A stretch of 61,545 bases of DNA from positions 1-61,545 of the IMG/VR virus record IMGVR_UViG_3300035673_000003; one strand, 5' to 3'. The translations under genes were made by a program, and so were the position numbers. The DNA is from a virus. Lineage: Duplodnaviria; Caudoviricetes. The notes under the pieces are model-generated. The model was not told where the DNA came from. It did not search any database and saw nothing but the letters and a program-made list of their open reading frames with translations. The first letter of the stretch is position 1. Every line of letters starts with the position of its first letter. This document shows, in pieces, positions 44,501 to 52,924 of this stretch.

Positions 44501-46072
44501 TTACGCAAGGTCGAGAACACGGTCGCCGGGCTGCGCTTTGGTTTTCGCATCCGACACACTGGCAGGACGCGCGCGCCCTTTTGCCCAATTACGCAAGCGA
44601 GTGATTTTCTCGCTGGCGGTTTTGCTGAGTGGCACAACGGTTCTGGCCGCAGCGAGAAGGTCGGCCGTGCTGAGAGCGCGGGCGTCATCTGCAAACGCGG
44701 TAAAGAGAGCGTCCGGAACGATGGCGGCGATCTCCGATCCGGTGAAGTCCTCGCACGTCGAGGCGATCCCGATCAGGTCAATGCCGTCATCTGTCCTGCC
44801 GTGCGAACGGAGCGCAGCGCGAAGAATTTCGATCCGTTCGGTGCGGGTCGGAAGATCAACCCACCAGACTTCGTCAAAGCGGCCCTTGCGGAGCAACTCG
44901 GGCGGAAGCCCTTCGACATCGTTCGCGGTCGCGATCACAAACGCCTCTCCGGAACGCTCTTGCATCCACGACAGGATGGCGCCGAGCGCATCGGATGACA
45001 CTCCGCCGTCGGCAGAGCCCGACGTGGCGCCCTGCAGAGCCTTCTCGATCTCGTCAAACCAAACGACGCAACGGCCGATGGCTTCAATGACCTTGAAGGC
45101 CTTCCGCATGTTGCTCTCGCTCTCGCCGACGAATTTGGAGCGGAGGGCTCCAAGGTCCATCCGGAGAAGCGGCACTCCCCAGGCGGTGGCGATCGCCTTC
45201 GCGGTGAGGCTCTTGCCGCAGCCGGGGAGGCCGGCGAGCATCGCTCCTTTCGGAGCGGGCAAGCCATATTCGCGCGCCTTCTGGCTGTAAGCCGAGGAGC
45301 GAGCGTTCAGCCACGCTTTCAGGTTCTCCAGTCCTCCGACGGCGTCGAGGCCGCCCGGGAGCGGGTCGAACCACTCCAAGACACGTTCGCGAGCGATCAC
45401 GCGGCGCTTCTCCTTCGCGATCACCTTCGGGTCGATGCGGCGCAGCTGGACGATGGACCGCGCGAAGCAGGACGAAGCCTCCTCGCCGGTCAGCCCGACA
45501 GCAGCGTCAATCGCGGCATCACGAGAGCCGTTCATGGCCGTGCCTTGCATGTCCTCCGGTAGCGAACGGACCGCAGCGTCGAGAATGGCGGCGATCTCCT
45601 CGCGATCCGGCATCGGCCACTCGATCACCGTGGCGTGGTTCGAAAGCTCGGGAGGAATGTCCGACGACGGCGACAGGATCACGATGGCTTGCGCCCGTTC
45701 GCGGTCGACGGCTGGAAGCGATCGAGCGAGATTGCGGAGTTGGCGCAGCGTCGTGGCTCCGGACGGTCCGGACAGCCACGCGGGAAGATCCCGCATGATG
45801 GTCAAGGTCCGTTCATTGCCGGTTTCGGCGCGAGAGCGAATGTTATTGAGCGCCTCGCCCGGGTCGTTGAGCTGATCCAGCACCTTTCCCGAAATATCGC
45901 AGATGCCTTGGCCGACGTCCCATGTCCGCATCGTGTAATTGGCGGCGGCCGCGGCTTCGATCAGGAGGCGTTCAACGCGCGCCTCTTCGCGTGTGACAAT
46001 CCAGATGAGCGGATTGCGAGCGCGCAGCAACGCGGAAACGTCGGCTGCGACTTCCTGTCCTTTGGTAGTCAT
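44501..46072 (-). CDS. Ycf46-like AAA+ ATPase (degenerate N-terminal module plus active C-terminal module)
   Basis: LLRARNPLIWIVTREEAR N-terminus; VGGLENLKAWL, GLPGCGKS, VVWFDEIEK and ATANDVEGLPPELLRKGRFDE. Confidence 0.9.
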   Translation of the reverse strand: MTTKGQEVAADVSALLRARNPLIWIVTREEARVERLLIEAAAAANYTMRTWDVGQGICDISGKVLDQLNDPGEALNNIRSRAETGNERTLTIMRDLPAWLSGPSGATTLRQLRNLARSLPAVDRERAQAIVILSPSSDIPPELSNHATVIEWPMPDREEIAAILDAAVRSLPEDMQGTAMNGSRDAAIDAAVGLTGEEASSCFARSIVQLRRIDPKVIAKEKRRVIARERVLEWFDPLPGGLDAVGGLENLKAWLNARSSAYSQKAREYGLPAPKGAMLAGLPGCGKSLTAKAIATAWGVPLLRMDLGALRSKFVGESESNMRKAFKVIEAIGRCVVWFDEIEKALQGATSGSADGGVSSDALGAILSWMQERSGEAFVIATANDVEGLPPELLRKGRFDEVWWVDLPTRTERIEILRAALRSHGRTDDGIDLIGIASTCEDFTGSEIAAIVPDALFTAFADDARALSTADLLAAARTVVPLSKTASEKITRLRNWAKGRARPASVSDAKTKAQPGDRVLDLA

Positions 46073-46145
46073 GTCTTGATCTCCTTTTGTGAAGTGCCGA
46101 CATGGCGCTTCGTGCCGCGCTCCGGTGGAGCGCGGTGTCGAAACG

Positions 46146-46283
46146 TCACTGAATGTCGGGAACGACGCCGAGGATTTGGACCCAGAGCGTAACGACGGCG
46201 ATGAAGATGCCGATGACAACGATGGCGATCGGGTCGCGAACCGGCAGCGGTCCGAGTTCGTCGCGGTGGTGATTGTCTTGCAT
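46146..46283 (-). CDS. 45-aa single-TM protein (not in the ORF track)
   Basis: MQDNHHRDELGPLPVRDPIAIVVIGIFIAVVTLWVQILGVVPDIQ after AAAAAAGGAGATCA. Confidence 0.7.
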   Translation of the reverse strand: MQDNHHRDELGPLPVRDPIAIVVIGIFIAVVTLWVQILGVVPDIQ

Positions 46284-46368
46284 TGGATTTGATCTCCTTT
46301 TTTAGAAACAAAAAAGAGACGGCGCGCGGTACCGGCGCGCGCCGTCCTTTTGATCCGGTCCGATTAGT

Positions 46369-46515
46369 TCAGCTTGATGCGCCCGTTTTCCAGCGGACCG
46401 CGCGGACAATCGACGCGTCGCTTAGGTGGATGCGTCGAGCCGAGCGGCGGGTGATTGGGTAGAACGAGGTCAGCCACGTTCCGTCGGCGAACTCGAATTG
46501 ATGATAGCGTTTCAT
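46369..46515 (-). CDS. 48-aa basic hypothetical protein, first gene of the cassette operon
   Basis: MKRYHQFEFADGTW... after AAAAGGAGATCA. Confidence 0.65.
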   Translation of the reverse strand: MKRYHQFEFADGTWLTSFYPITRRSARRIHLSDASIVRAVRWKTGASS

Positions 46516-46860
46516 CTTGATCTCCTTTTGATGCGGCATTGCATCCCGTCGCGCCGCACTGTCACTGCGGCGCGAAAGGCTGAAATCCGATCTTCCTAAT
46601 CCCATCGGTGCATCGGTGACGTGCCACTGCTCTTGCATCTGTTTGCTGCGGGAGGGCGTTGTCGGTTGCTGTGATGGCGTCGGAAAATGTTCAGCGATAA
46701 ATCAGAACGATGGATTGCAACGCGTGTTCGCTTCGGCTGACATATTCTGTGACGTGGCCCAGATGATCGGCACTGCACTCAATGCGAAGCGTATGGCGCG
46801 GCGGGCGGAATAGTCTCCGGCCCAGTTGGCGCTGGCGTTGCGGTAGGATCGTTCTAACGA

Positions 46861-46978
46861 TGTCAAACAGCGGCTGCGAAGTATGTCTCCGCGCGTTTCG
46901 TGTTCTTGACGTCCTCTGGGGCTTCACAGCCGCGCGACGTGCACTACGTAATGTAGTGGAACGCCAGATGGGTTGGAA
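46861..46978 (-). promoter_or_regulatory. Cassette-operon promoter with CI-type operator, 5' stem-loop and boxA-like element
   Basis: TTCCAA (46978-46973), 17 nt, TACATT (46955-46950); CTACGTAATGTAG (46944-46956); 12-bp stem 46933-46922/46881-46870; CGCTGTTTGACA (46872-46861). Confidence 0.65.
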
Positions 46979-47133
46979 GCTCTATTTTATTGGCAAGTGA
47001 CTGAATTTGTTAGTGTTTTGATAATAATTACGTGGAAAACGCGCGTTTTCGGACGAAAAACGACTATCCCAGACGTTCCCACGTCCTCCGCCTTCGGATA
47101 ATCAGAAGCTACAGAACGTATTGAGAGGGCGAC

Positions 47134-47640
47134 GTGGCGGAGGAGAAGCTCGGCTCTGGCGAGTGCAACAGCGACACCGGCTCCAAATTGCTCATGTGCA
47201 CGCCGCAGTGGTTCAATCAGCTGGTGCGCGACGGCTGGATTAAAAAGCTCGGCAAGAACCGCTACCGCGTCGTCGACGTGGTGCAGGGCTATATCAAACA
47301 CCTGCAGGACGAAAACCGCCGCGCTCAGAAAAGCGCCGCTGCATCGCGCGTCCAAGACGCGCGGGCCGCCCAGATCGAAATGCTGACCGCGCGTGATATG
47401 GGCAAGCTGGTCGATGTGGATGACGTGCTGACGTGGCAGAGCGAGATACTCGGCGCGCTGCGCTCCGAGTTGACCGGCGTTCCCGCCGCGACGACGCGCG
47501 ACCTCGCCGTCCGCGCGGAGATAGAAAAGCAAATCAATGCCGCCGTTGACCGATCCCGCACAGCGTTTGAGGAAGCGTGGTCGCTTCTACAGAGCGGCAA
47601 GCCAGTCGCTGTGGACGCCGAAGAAGCAGACGCCGGATGA
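47134..47640 (+). CDS. terS: Terminase small subunit (Nu1-like)
   Basis: wHTH-like NQLVRDGWI...YRVVDVVQGYIKHL followed by a coiled coil; precedes and overlaps terL. Confidence 0.8.
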   Translation: MAEEKLGSGECNSDTGSKLLMCTPQWFNQLVRDGWIKKLGKNRYRVVDVVQGYIKHLQDENRRAQKSAAASRVQDARAAQIEMLTARDMGKLVDVDDVLTWQSEILGALRSELTGVPAATTRDLAVRAEIEKQINAAVDRSRTAFEEAWSLLQSGKPVAVDAEEADAG

Positions 47641-49606
47641 GTGGGGTGCCGAGAACCGGGTCTATGGTCCTGGCACCGGCTGGCCGGGGCAGCGCAATCC
47701 GAACCTGACGCCATACGCCACGCCGTTCGCCCGCGCCTTCACCGATCCGAAGTATCGCCGCGTCGTTCTGGTCACGGCGGCACAGAGCGCCAAGACGGAG
47801 ACGCTGCTCGACGTGATCGGCGAGCGCCTCGACAACCGGCCGGCGCCGATCCTCTACGTCGGACCCAACAAGCAATTCATCACCGATCAGTTCGAGCCGC
47901 GGGTTCGGGAATTATTCGTTCAGGCGAAGTCGCTCGCGTCCAAGATGATCGGCGGCATTGACGGCAAGCAACAGAAGCAGGCGCTCAAGCGGGTGAACGG
48001 CACTCGCCTCCGCCTCGCGCACGCCGGATCGTCCACCGCCTTGAAGTCGGATCCCGCGTCTATGGCGCTGGTCGACGAATACGACGAGATGCTGGCGAAC
48101 GTGAAAGGGCAGGGCGATCCTCTCGGCCTGGTCGAAGCTCGCGGCGATACCTATGCGGACTTCGTGGTCGGCGTCGTTTCAACCCCTTCGGTCGGCATGA
48201 TTGAGATCGAGCGCGACGAGGACGCAAACCTCGAATTCTGGAAGGCGGTCGATCCGGACGCCATCGAGGACGTGAAGTCGCCAATCTGGCGGCTGTGGCA
48301 GGAAGGCACACGGCATCACTGGTGCTGGCCGTGCGTCCACTGCGGCGACTACTTCGTGCCGCGCTTCGCGCAGCTCGAATGGCCGAAGGATGCCTCGCCG
48401 CTGCAGGCTCGGCGCAACGCCTTCGTCCGCTGTCCGCATTGCGGCGGCGTGCTGGAGGACCGCCACAAATCCGAGATGAACGCGCGCGGCCGTCACGTTG
48501 CGCCCGGGCAGAAGGTCGATCGGGAAGGCGTCGTGGTTGGCGATCCGCCCGACACCTCGACGCTGTCGTTCTGGGTTTCCGGCCTTGCGTCGCCGTTCGT
48601 GACCTTCGGCCAGCGCGCGGAGACGTTCTTGACCGCGTTGCTCTCCCGCGAGAGCGGCAAAATCCAGACGGCTACCAACTCGCAGTTTGGCGAGCTTTAC
48701 ATCGACGGCGGCGGCGAAGTCCCCGCCTGGGAGGCGATCTTCGCGGCGCGGCTCGGCTACAAGCCGGGCACCGTTCCGGAAGGCGTCCGCTACATCACGG
48801 CGGGGATCGACGTTCAAAAGGACCGGCTGATCTACGTGGTGCGCGGCTGGGGGCATCGCGCAACGTCGTGGCTCCTCAAACACGGCGAGCTGCTCGGCAA
48901 CACCGGCGAGCCGGAGGTCTGGAGCGACCTTGACGAATTCCTGGCGGCGTCGATGGACGGCCACACCATCAAGCTCGTCTTTCTGGACAGCGGCTTTCGC
49001 CCCGGCAAAAAGGAAGGCGTTCCTGTCAATCGCATCTATGAATTCTGCCGACGCCACCGGCGCTTCGTGTTCCCCACCAAGGGATCCTCGCACTCGATGC
49101 TGCGCCCGCTGGTCAAGTCGCAGATCGAAGTGACGCAGCAGGGCAAGGTTTCGAAATACGGCCTCGAGCTCGTGCGCCTCGACACCGACCACTGGAAGTC
49201 CTTCGTCCACGAGAAGCTGGTCTGGCCGGCCGATCAGCCAGGCGCGTGGTTCCTCCACAACGATGTCAACGAGAGCTACTGCCGCCAGCTCGTCTCCGAA
49301 GTCCGCGTCACCACCGAGAACAACAAGCACCAATGGATAGTGCGTTCTCGCGAAAACCATTTTCTCGACGCGGAGGCTCTCGCGGCCGCCGCGGGCTACA
49401 TGCTCAACGTTCAGCATTTGCGCGGCGGGGGCGGGCGGTCCCCTCCTCGCGTCACTGCCGCGCAAACAGTGGAGCCGGAGGCGATCCAGACGCCTTCGGC
49501 TCCACGCCCAATTCCGCAACAGCCCCCGCAGCCCGCGCCGATCGCGGCGGCGACAGCGGCCAAGAAAAACCGCTTCGCCAGCCTCGCGGCGCGGCTCAAC
49601 AGGTAG
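47537..49606 (+). CDS. terL: Terminase large subunit (lambda GpA family)
   Basis: AAQSAKTE, LVDEYDE, VSTP, CVHCG/CPHCG, ITAGIDVQKD, FLDSG and NHFLDAE; exact start uncertain. Confidence 0.95.
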   Translation: MPPLTDPAQRLRKRGRFYRAASQSLWTPKKQTPDEWGAENRVYGPGTGWPGQRNPNLTPYATPFARAFTDPKYRRVVLVTAAQSAKTETLLDVIGERLDNRPAPILYVGPNKQFITDQFEPRVRELFVQAKSLASKMIGGIDGKQQKQALKRVNGTRLRLAHAGSSTALKSDPASMALVDEYDEMLANVKGQGDPLGLVEARGDTYADFVVGVVSTPSVGMIEIERDEDANLEFWKAVDPDAIEDVKSPIWRLWQEGTRHHWCWPCVHCGDYFVPRFAQLEWPKDASPLQARRNAFVRCPHCGGVLEDRHKSEMNARGRHVAPGQKVDREGVVVGDPPDTSTLSFWVSGLASPFVTFGQRAETFLTALLSRESGKIQTATNSQFGELYIDGGGEVPAWEAIFAARLGYKPGTVPEGVRYITAGIDVQKDRLIYVVRGWGHRATSWLLKHGELLGNTGEPEVWSDLDEFLAASMDGHTIKLVFLDSGFRPGKKEGVPVNRIYEFCRRHRRFVFPTKGSSHSMLRPLVKSQIEVTQQGKVSKYGLELVRLDTDHWKSFVHEKLVWPADQPGAWFLHNDVNESYCRQLVSEVRVTTENNKHQWIVRSRENHFLDAEALAAAAGYMLNVQHLRGGGGRSPPRVTAAQTVEPEAIQTPSAPRPIPQQPPQPAPIAAATAAKKNRFASLAARLNR

Positions 49607-49616
49607 GATCACCACC

Positions 49617-51215
49617 ATGCAGGCGAAGCCGCGCTTTCGAATTGGCAGCGATGGCAGCAACGCGCGCCCGGTGCCCGGTCTGCCGATGACGCGCCCGGGC
49701 ACGAGCGCGGGCTACATGCGCGGCGACAGCCCGTTTTTCTATTCGTGGAACCCGGCGCTGCGCGATCAGCGCGAGGACGTTCGCGCGGGCTATCACCGCG
49801 CCGCCGCGCGCACCATCGACACGCTGCAAAACTCCGGCTGGCTTTCGGGCGGTGTCGATCAGGCGATTGTCAACATCATCGGCGACGGGCTTCGCCTTGC
49901 AGCGAAGCCGGACGCGGACGCGCTCGGCTGGACGAAAGCGACCGCGGACAAATGGGCGCGTGACGTGGAGCGCCGCTTCGAGGCCTATGCCTGCAATCCA
50001 GTGGAGGTTGACGCCGCAGGGAAGCAAACCCTCGGGCAGATGACGCGCGCCTCAGTGAACAGCTTTTTCAGTCACGGCGAAGTCGTGGCGTTGATGCCGC
50101 GTCTCTCCAACCCGTTCGCGCGCACCCGCATCAAGCTCAAGCTCCTCCCCGCGCACAAGCTGCGGCAGGACAGCAACGGCTTCGATATGTATCAGGGCGT
50201 CCAGATGACGAAGTGGGGCTTCCCGCTCGCCTATAAAATGGACCTGCGCCTTCAGCAGTGGGACGTCGAGCTTCCGGAAGTCGTTCCGGCGCGCGACCGC
50301 ATTGGCCGCAAGCAAGTCCTGCACGTATACGACGGTCTCGCCGGCCAGGTGCGCGGCATCACGCCGATGGCGTCCGCGCTCAAGGTCATCCGGCAGTTTG
50401 AAAACCTCTCGGATGCGACCCTGCAAACGTCGCTCCTGCAGACGATCTTCGCCGCAACGCTGCAGAGCGAAGCGCCGACCCAAGACGTGCTACAGGCGTT
50501 GCAGGATGACGACGAGCAGGGCGTGGGCGGCGGCAGTATTGACGGGCTGCTGGACGCCAAGGCCGGCTGGTACGAAGGCGCCAAGATCGACCTCGGCCGC
50601 CACGGCAAGATCGCGCATCTGTTCCCGGGCGAGGAACTGAAATTCAATAACGCCGTAAGCCCGAACGATAACTATGAGGCGTTCGCCAAGATGCTCTTGC
50701 GCGAGATCGCGCGCGGCCTCGGCATCACGTTCGAGACCCTGACCGGCGACTACACCGGAGCGAGCTATTCCAGCGTCCGCATGGCGACGAGCGAGACGTG
50801 GCCGACCACGCTCTACCGTCGCAAGCACATCGCAGCGCCGGTTTGTCAGGAAGTCTATCGCGGCTGGCTGGACGAGCAGATCGAGGCGGGCGAGATCCAG
50901 TTCCCCGGCGGCATCGACGCGTTCCGCGAGAAGGCGGACGCAGCGACGAAGTGCGACTGGCGCGGTCCTCCGAAGCCACAGGCCGACGACCTCAAGACCA
51001 TGAAAGCCCACGAAGGCTATCGCGGCATGGGCGTGATGACCGACGAGCAGATTTGCGCCGAACTTGGGCACGACTGGGAAGATGTCTACGAGCAGCGTCA
51101 GCGGGAAATGGAGCTTCGCAAGAAGCTCGGCCTTCCCGAAGGCAACGTCGACCAGGCGGCGACCGACGACCGCATGGTTGACACGCTCCTCAAGGACGAC
51201 AGCGGCGCGGCTTAA
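49617..51215 (+). CDS. Portal protein (lambda family)
   Basis: GQVRGITPM, LTGDYTGASYSSVR and ELGHDWEDV..Q...E. Confidence 0.93.
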   Translation: MQAKPRFRIGSDGSNARPVPGLPMTRPGTSAGYMRGDSPFFYSWNPALRDQREDVRAGYHRAAARTIDTLQNSGWLSGGVDQAIVNIIGDGLRLAAKPDADALGWTKATADKWARDVERRFEAYACNPVEVDAAGKQTLGQMTRASVNSFFSHGEVVALMPRLSNPFARTRIKLKLLPAHKLRQDSNGFDMYQGVQMTKWGFPLAYKMDLRLQQWDVELPEVVPARDRIGRKQVLHVYDGLAGQVRGITPMASALKVIRQFENLSDATLQTSLLQTIFAATLQSEAPTQDVLQALQDDDEQGVGGGSIDGLLDAKAGWYEGAKIDLGRHGKIAHLFPGEELKFNNAVSPNDNYEAFAKMLLREIARGLGITFETLTGDYTGASYSSVRMATSETWPTTLYRRKHIAAPVCQEVYRGWLDEQIEAGEIQFPGGIDAFREKADAATKCDWRGPPKPQADDLKTMKAHEGYRGMGVMTDEQICAELGHDWEDVYEQRQREMELRKKLGLPEGNVDQAATDDRMVDTLLKDDSGAA

Positions 51216-51224
51216 ACAGGGGCG

Positions 51225-51509
51225 ATGACGATGGCGGTTGATTGGGACGATCCGTGCGCGCGCTACGCCGCGCTGCGCGATGCTTACTTTGCCGCCACAA
51301 CGGGCGTCGGAGAAGTCATGATCCGCCGCAAAGGTCCTCACGGCGAGGAGGAGGTCCGCTACCACCCTGCGGACATCAATCGCCTCTTCACAGAAATGAA
51401 TTCCGCACAAGCCGAGTGCGCCGTGAAAACTTCCGGCGTCAACCCGCGCCGGCGCTCCGCTATCCGCCTCGGCGCGCGGCGTCGCTTCACTCCCCCCGGC
51501 TATTACTGA
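51225..51509 (+). CDS. gpW-like head completion protein
   Basis: ALRDAY...TG...EEVRY..ADI..L...RRSAI. Confidence 0.7.
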   Translation: MTMAVDWDDPCARYAALRDAYFAATTGVGEVMIRRKGPHGEEEVRYHPADINRLFTEMNSAQAECAVKTSGVNPRRRSAIRLGARRRFTPPGYY

Positions 51510-51519
51510 GAGGCGTTCA

Positions 51520-52869
51520 ATGTCCAGGCTCCATCACATCGCCGATCGGGTGCTCAATCGCCCGCTGATGCTGCTTCCCGACAAGCTCGCGCTGATCGCG
51601 CAAGTCTTGGACGGTCGGATCGGCATCGACGCCAGCGACTTGCCGGAGATCGAGGCCGAGCATCTGAAAAACGGCCCGGACGCATCGCGCTTCGTCGGCT
51701 CGTTCCAGCTGGCCGATCCGATGGACCCGAAGTCGGTTAAGCCGTATCGCGTCAGCGAAAAGGGCGTGGCCCTGATCCCGGTCCTCGGCTCGCTGGTGAA
51801 CCGGGGCGCTTGGATCGGTGCGCGGTCGGGCATGACGTCGTATGAGGGCTTGAAGTACCAGCTGGCCGTTGCAGCTTTGGATCCCGCGGTGGCCTCCATC
51901 CTCCTCGATATGGACAGCCCGGGCGGTGAAGCCGTCGGCGCGTTCGAGGTTGCGGACGCGGTGCGCGCCGTCGCGAAGTCGAAAGAGGTTGTCGCCGTCA
52001 TCAACGGCATGGCGGCCTCGGCGGCCTATGCGATCGCCAGCGCCGCCTCGAGCATCATCACCACGCCTTCCGGCGTTTCCGGCTCCATCGGCGTCGTCAT
52101 GCTCCACGCCGACTATTCCCACGCGTTGCATGAACGTGGCGTGGTTCCCACTCTGATCCACGCCGGTGCCCGCAAGGTCGACGGCACGCCGTACAAGGCG
52201 CTCACCGATGACGTGAAGGCCGAGCTCAAGGCCGAAGTCGATAAATTCTACGATCTGTTCGTGTCGTCCGTCGCCACCGGCCGCAAAGGCAAGATGAAGG
52301 ACGCCGCGATCCGCGCCACTGAGGCGCGCACCTATATCGGCGCCGACGCGGTGAGCGTCGGTCTGGCCGATAGTGTCGGCAGCTTTGAGACTGTGCTCGC
52401 CGATCTTTCCAGACGCGGCACAGTCCGCAACTCCAACCACAAGAGGGCTACAATGGAAGATAAGACCTATTCGAAGGCCGACCTCGATAGCGCCGTGCTG
52501 TCGGCCGTCAACGCCGCGAAAGCCGAGGCGGCTGCAAACCTGGCCGCGGCTGTGACGGCGAACGAAACTGCCGTGGCGGCAGCGCGCAGCGAAGGCGCAA
52601 AGGCTGAACGCGAGCGCGTCAAGGGCATTCTCGCGAGCGACGAAGCGAAGGGCCGCGAGAAGTCCGCGCTGCACTTCGCGATGTCCACTGGCTTGTCGGT
52701 GGACGAAACCAAGGCCGCGCTCGCGGGCGTTGCCAAGGATGCGGCCGCCGCAGCCGCGACTAACGCTCATGGCCTGTTCCTGAGCGAAAATCCTTCGACG
52801 CCGAAGGCCGACGCCGACGCTTGGGGCGACGTGGTCGCGAAGATCAACGACCAAAACAAAAAGCGTTAA
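51520..52869 (+). CDS. S49 head maturation protease with C-terminal scaffold
   Basis: LLDMDSPGGE, MAASAAYAIAS and SGSIGV; Ala-rich C-terminus. Confidence 0.93.
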   Translation: MSRLHHIADRVLNRPLMLLPDKLALIAQVLDGRIGIDASDLPEIEAEHLKNGPDASRFVGSFQLADPMDPKSVKPYRVSEKGVALIPVLGSLVNRGAWIGARSGMTSYEGLKYQLAVAALDPAVASILLDMDSPGGEAVGAFEVADAVRAVAKSKEVVAVINGMAASAAYAIASAASSIITTPSGVSGSIGVVMLHADYSHALHERGVVPTLIHAGARKVDGTPYKALTDDVKAELKAEVDKFYDLFVSSVATGRKGKMKDAAIRATEARTYIGADAVSVGLADSVGSFETVLADLSRRGTVRNSNHKRATMEDKTYSKADLDSAVLSAVNAAKAEAAANLAAAVTANETAVAAARSEGAKAERERVKGILASDEAKGREKSALHFAMSTGLSVDETKAALAGVAKDAAAAAATNAHGLFLSENPSTPKADADAWGDVVAKINDQNKKR

Positions 52870-52924
52870 TCCGAGGCCGCGTTTTCTCGCCTCAAATCCC
52901 ACCACTTAAACGGAGACAACTCCA

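Larger units (their letters stand above)
38272..46529 (-). repeat. Dispersed leader motif (AAA)GGAGATCA x10
   Basis: Plus-strand TGATCTCC at 38272, 38738, 38908, 40822, 40882, 42700, 43270, 46077, 46290 and 46518; nine of the ten directly precede a start codon. Confidence 0.85.

Noticed and set aside
37648-46529. Integron cassette array
   Set aside because: The hairpins lack evident attC R-box ends (RYYYAAC...GTTRRRY), and the only tyrosine recombinase is a phage integrase tied to attP.
46691-46927. 78-aa minus-strand ORF in the cassette leader
   Set aside because: No Shine-Dalgarno, unlike most cassette genes, and it starts inside the 5' stem-loop; treated as untranslated leader.
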